From: Raillietiella orientalis
Lineage: Eukaryota
DNA length: 64,000 nucleotides
Direction of reading: 5' to 3'
Assembly: GCA_036172245.1 (NCBI GenBank)
Contig: JAYWIR010000032.1
Coordinates: 434,001 to 498,000, forward strand
The translations under genes and the position numbers were made by a program. Below the pieces are notes generated by a model, which ran no database searches, was not told the DNA's origin, and worked only from the letters and a program-made list of their open reading frames with translations. Position 1 is the stretch's first letter. Every line of letters begins with the position of its first letter. Shown here piece by piece: positions 63,995 to 64,000 of the stretch.

Positions 63995-64000
63995 TTCCTG

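Overview
Eukaryotic (invertebrate, probably arthropod-like) genomic window with two compartments. (1) About 1-33.4 kb is a GC/CpG-rich graveyard of decayed transposons on both strands: several L1/Tx1-like non-LTR copies, several Utopia-like RLE-type non-LTR fragments, a rearranged mariner, a degenerate (TTAGG)n tract, and a U2 snRNA pseudogene whose 5' end is replaced by a Utopia-like 3' tail at the known Utopia/Keno target site. (2) About 37.5-64 kb is a genic region with many 39-51 nt introns. It holds a complete Atg2 gene (+, 37860-53083) and a complete puromycin-sensitive aminopeptidase gene (+, 60493-63994), separated by a poorly explained 7 kb interval with another Utopia fragment and a U2 5' fragment. 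The most interesting signals are the Utopia-U2 junction, a 3'-terminal AAT(A/G)AA plus CCCGG hairpin motif shared by five Tx1-like ends, and a recurrent fold-back micro-duplication process that can be seen directly by comparing two paralogous repeat copies. TE boundaries are approximate and were read by eye.
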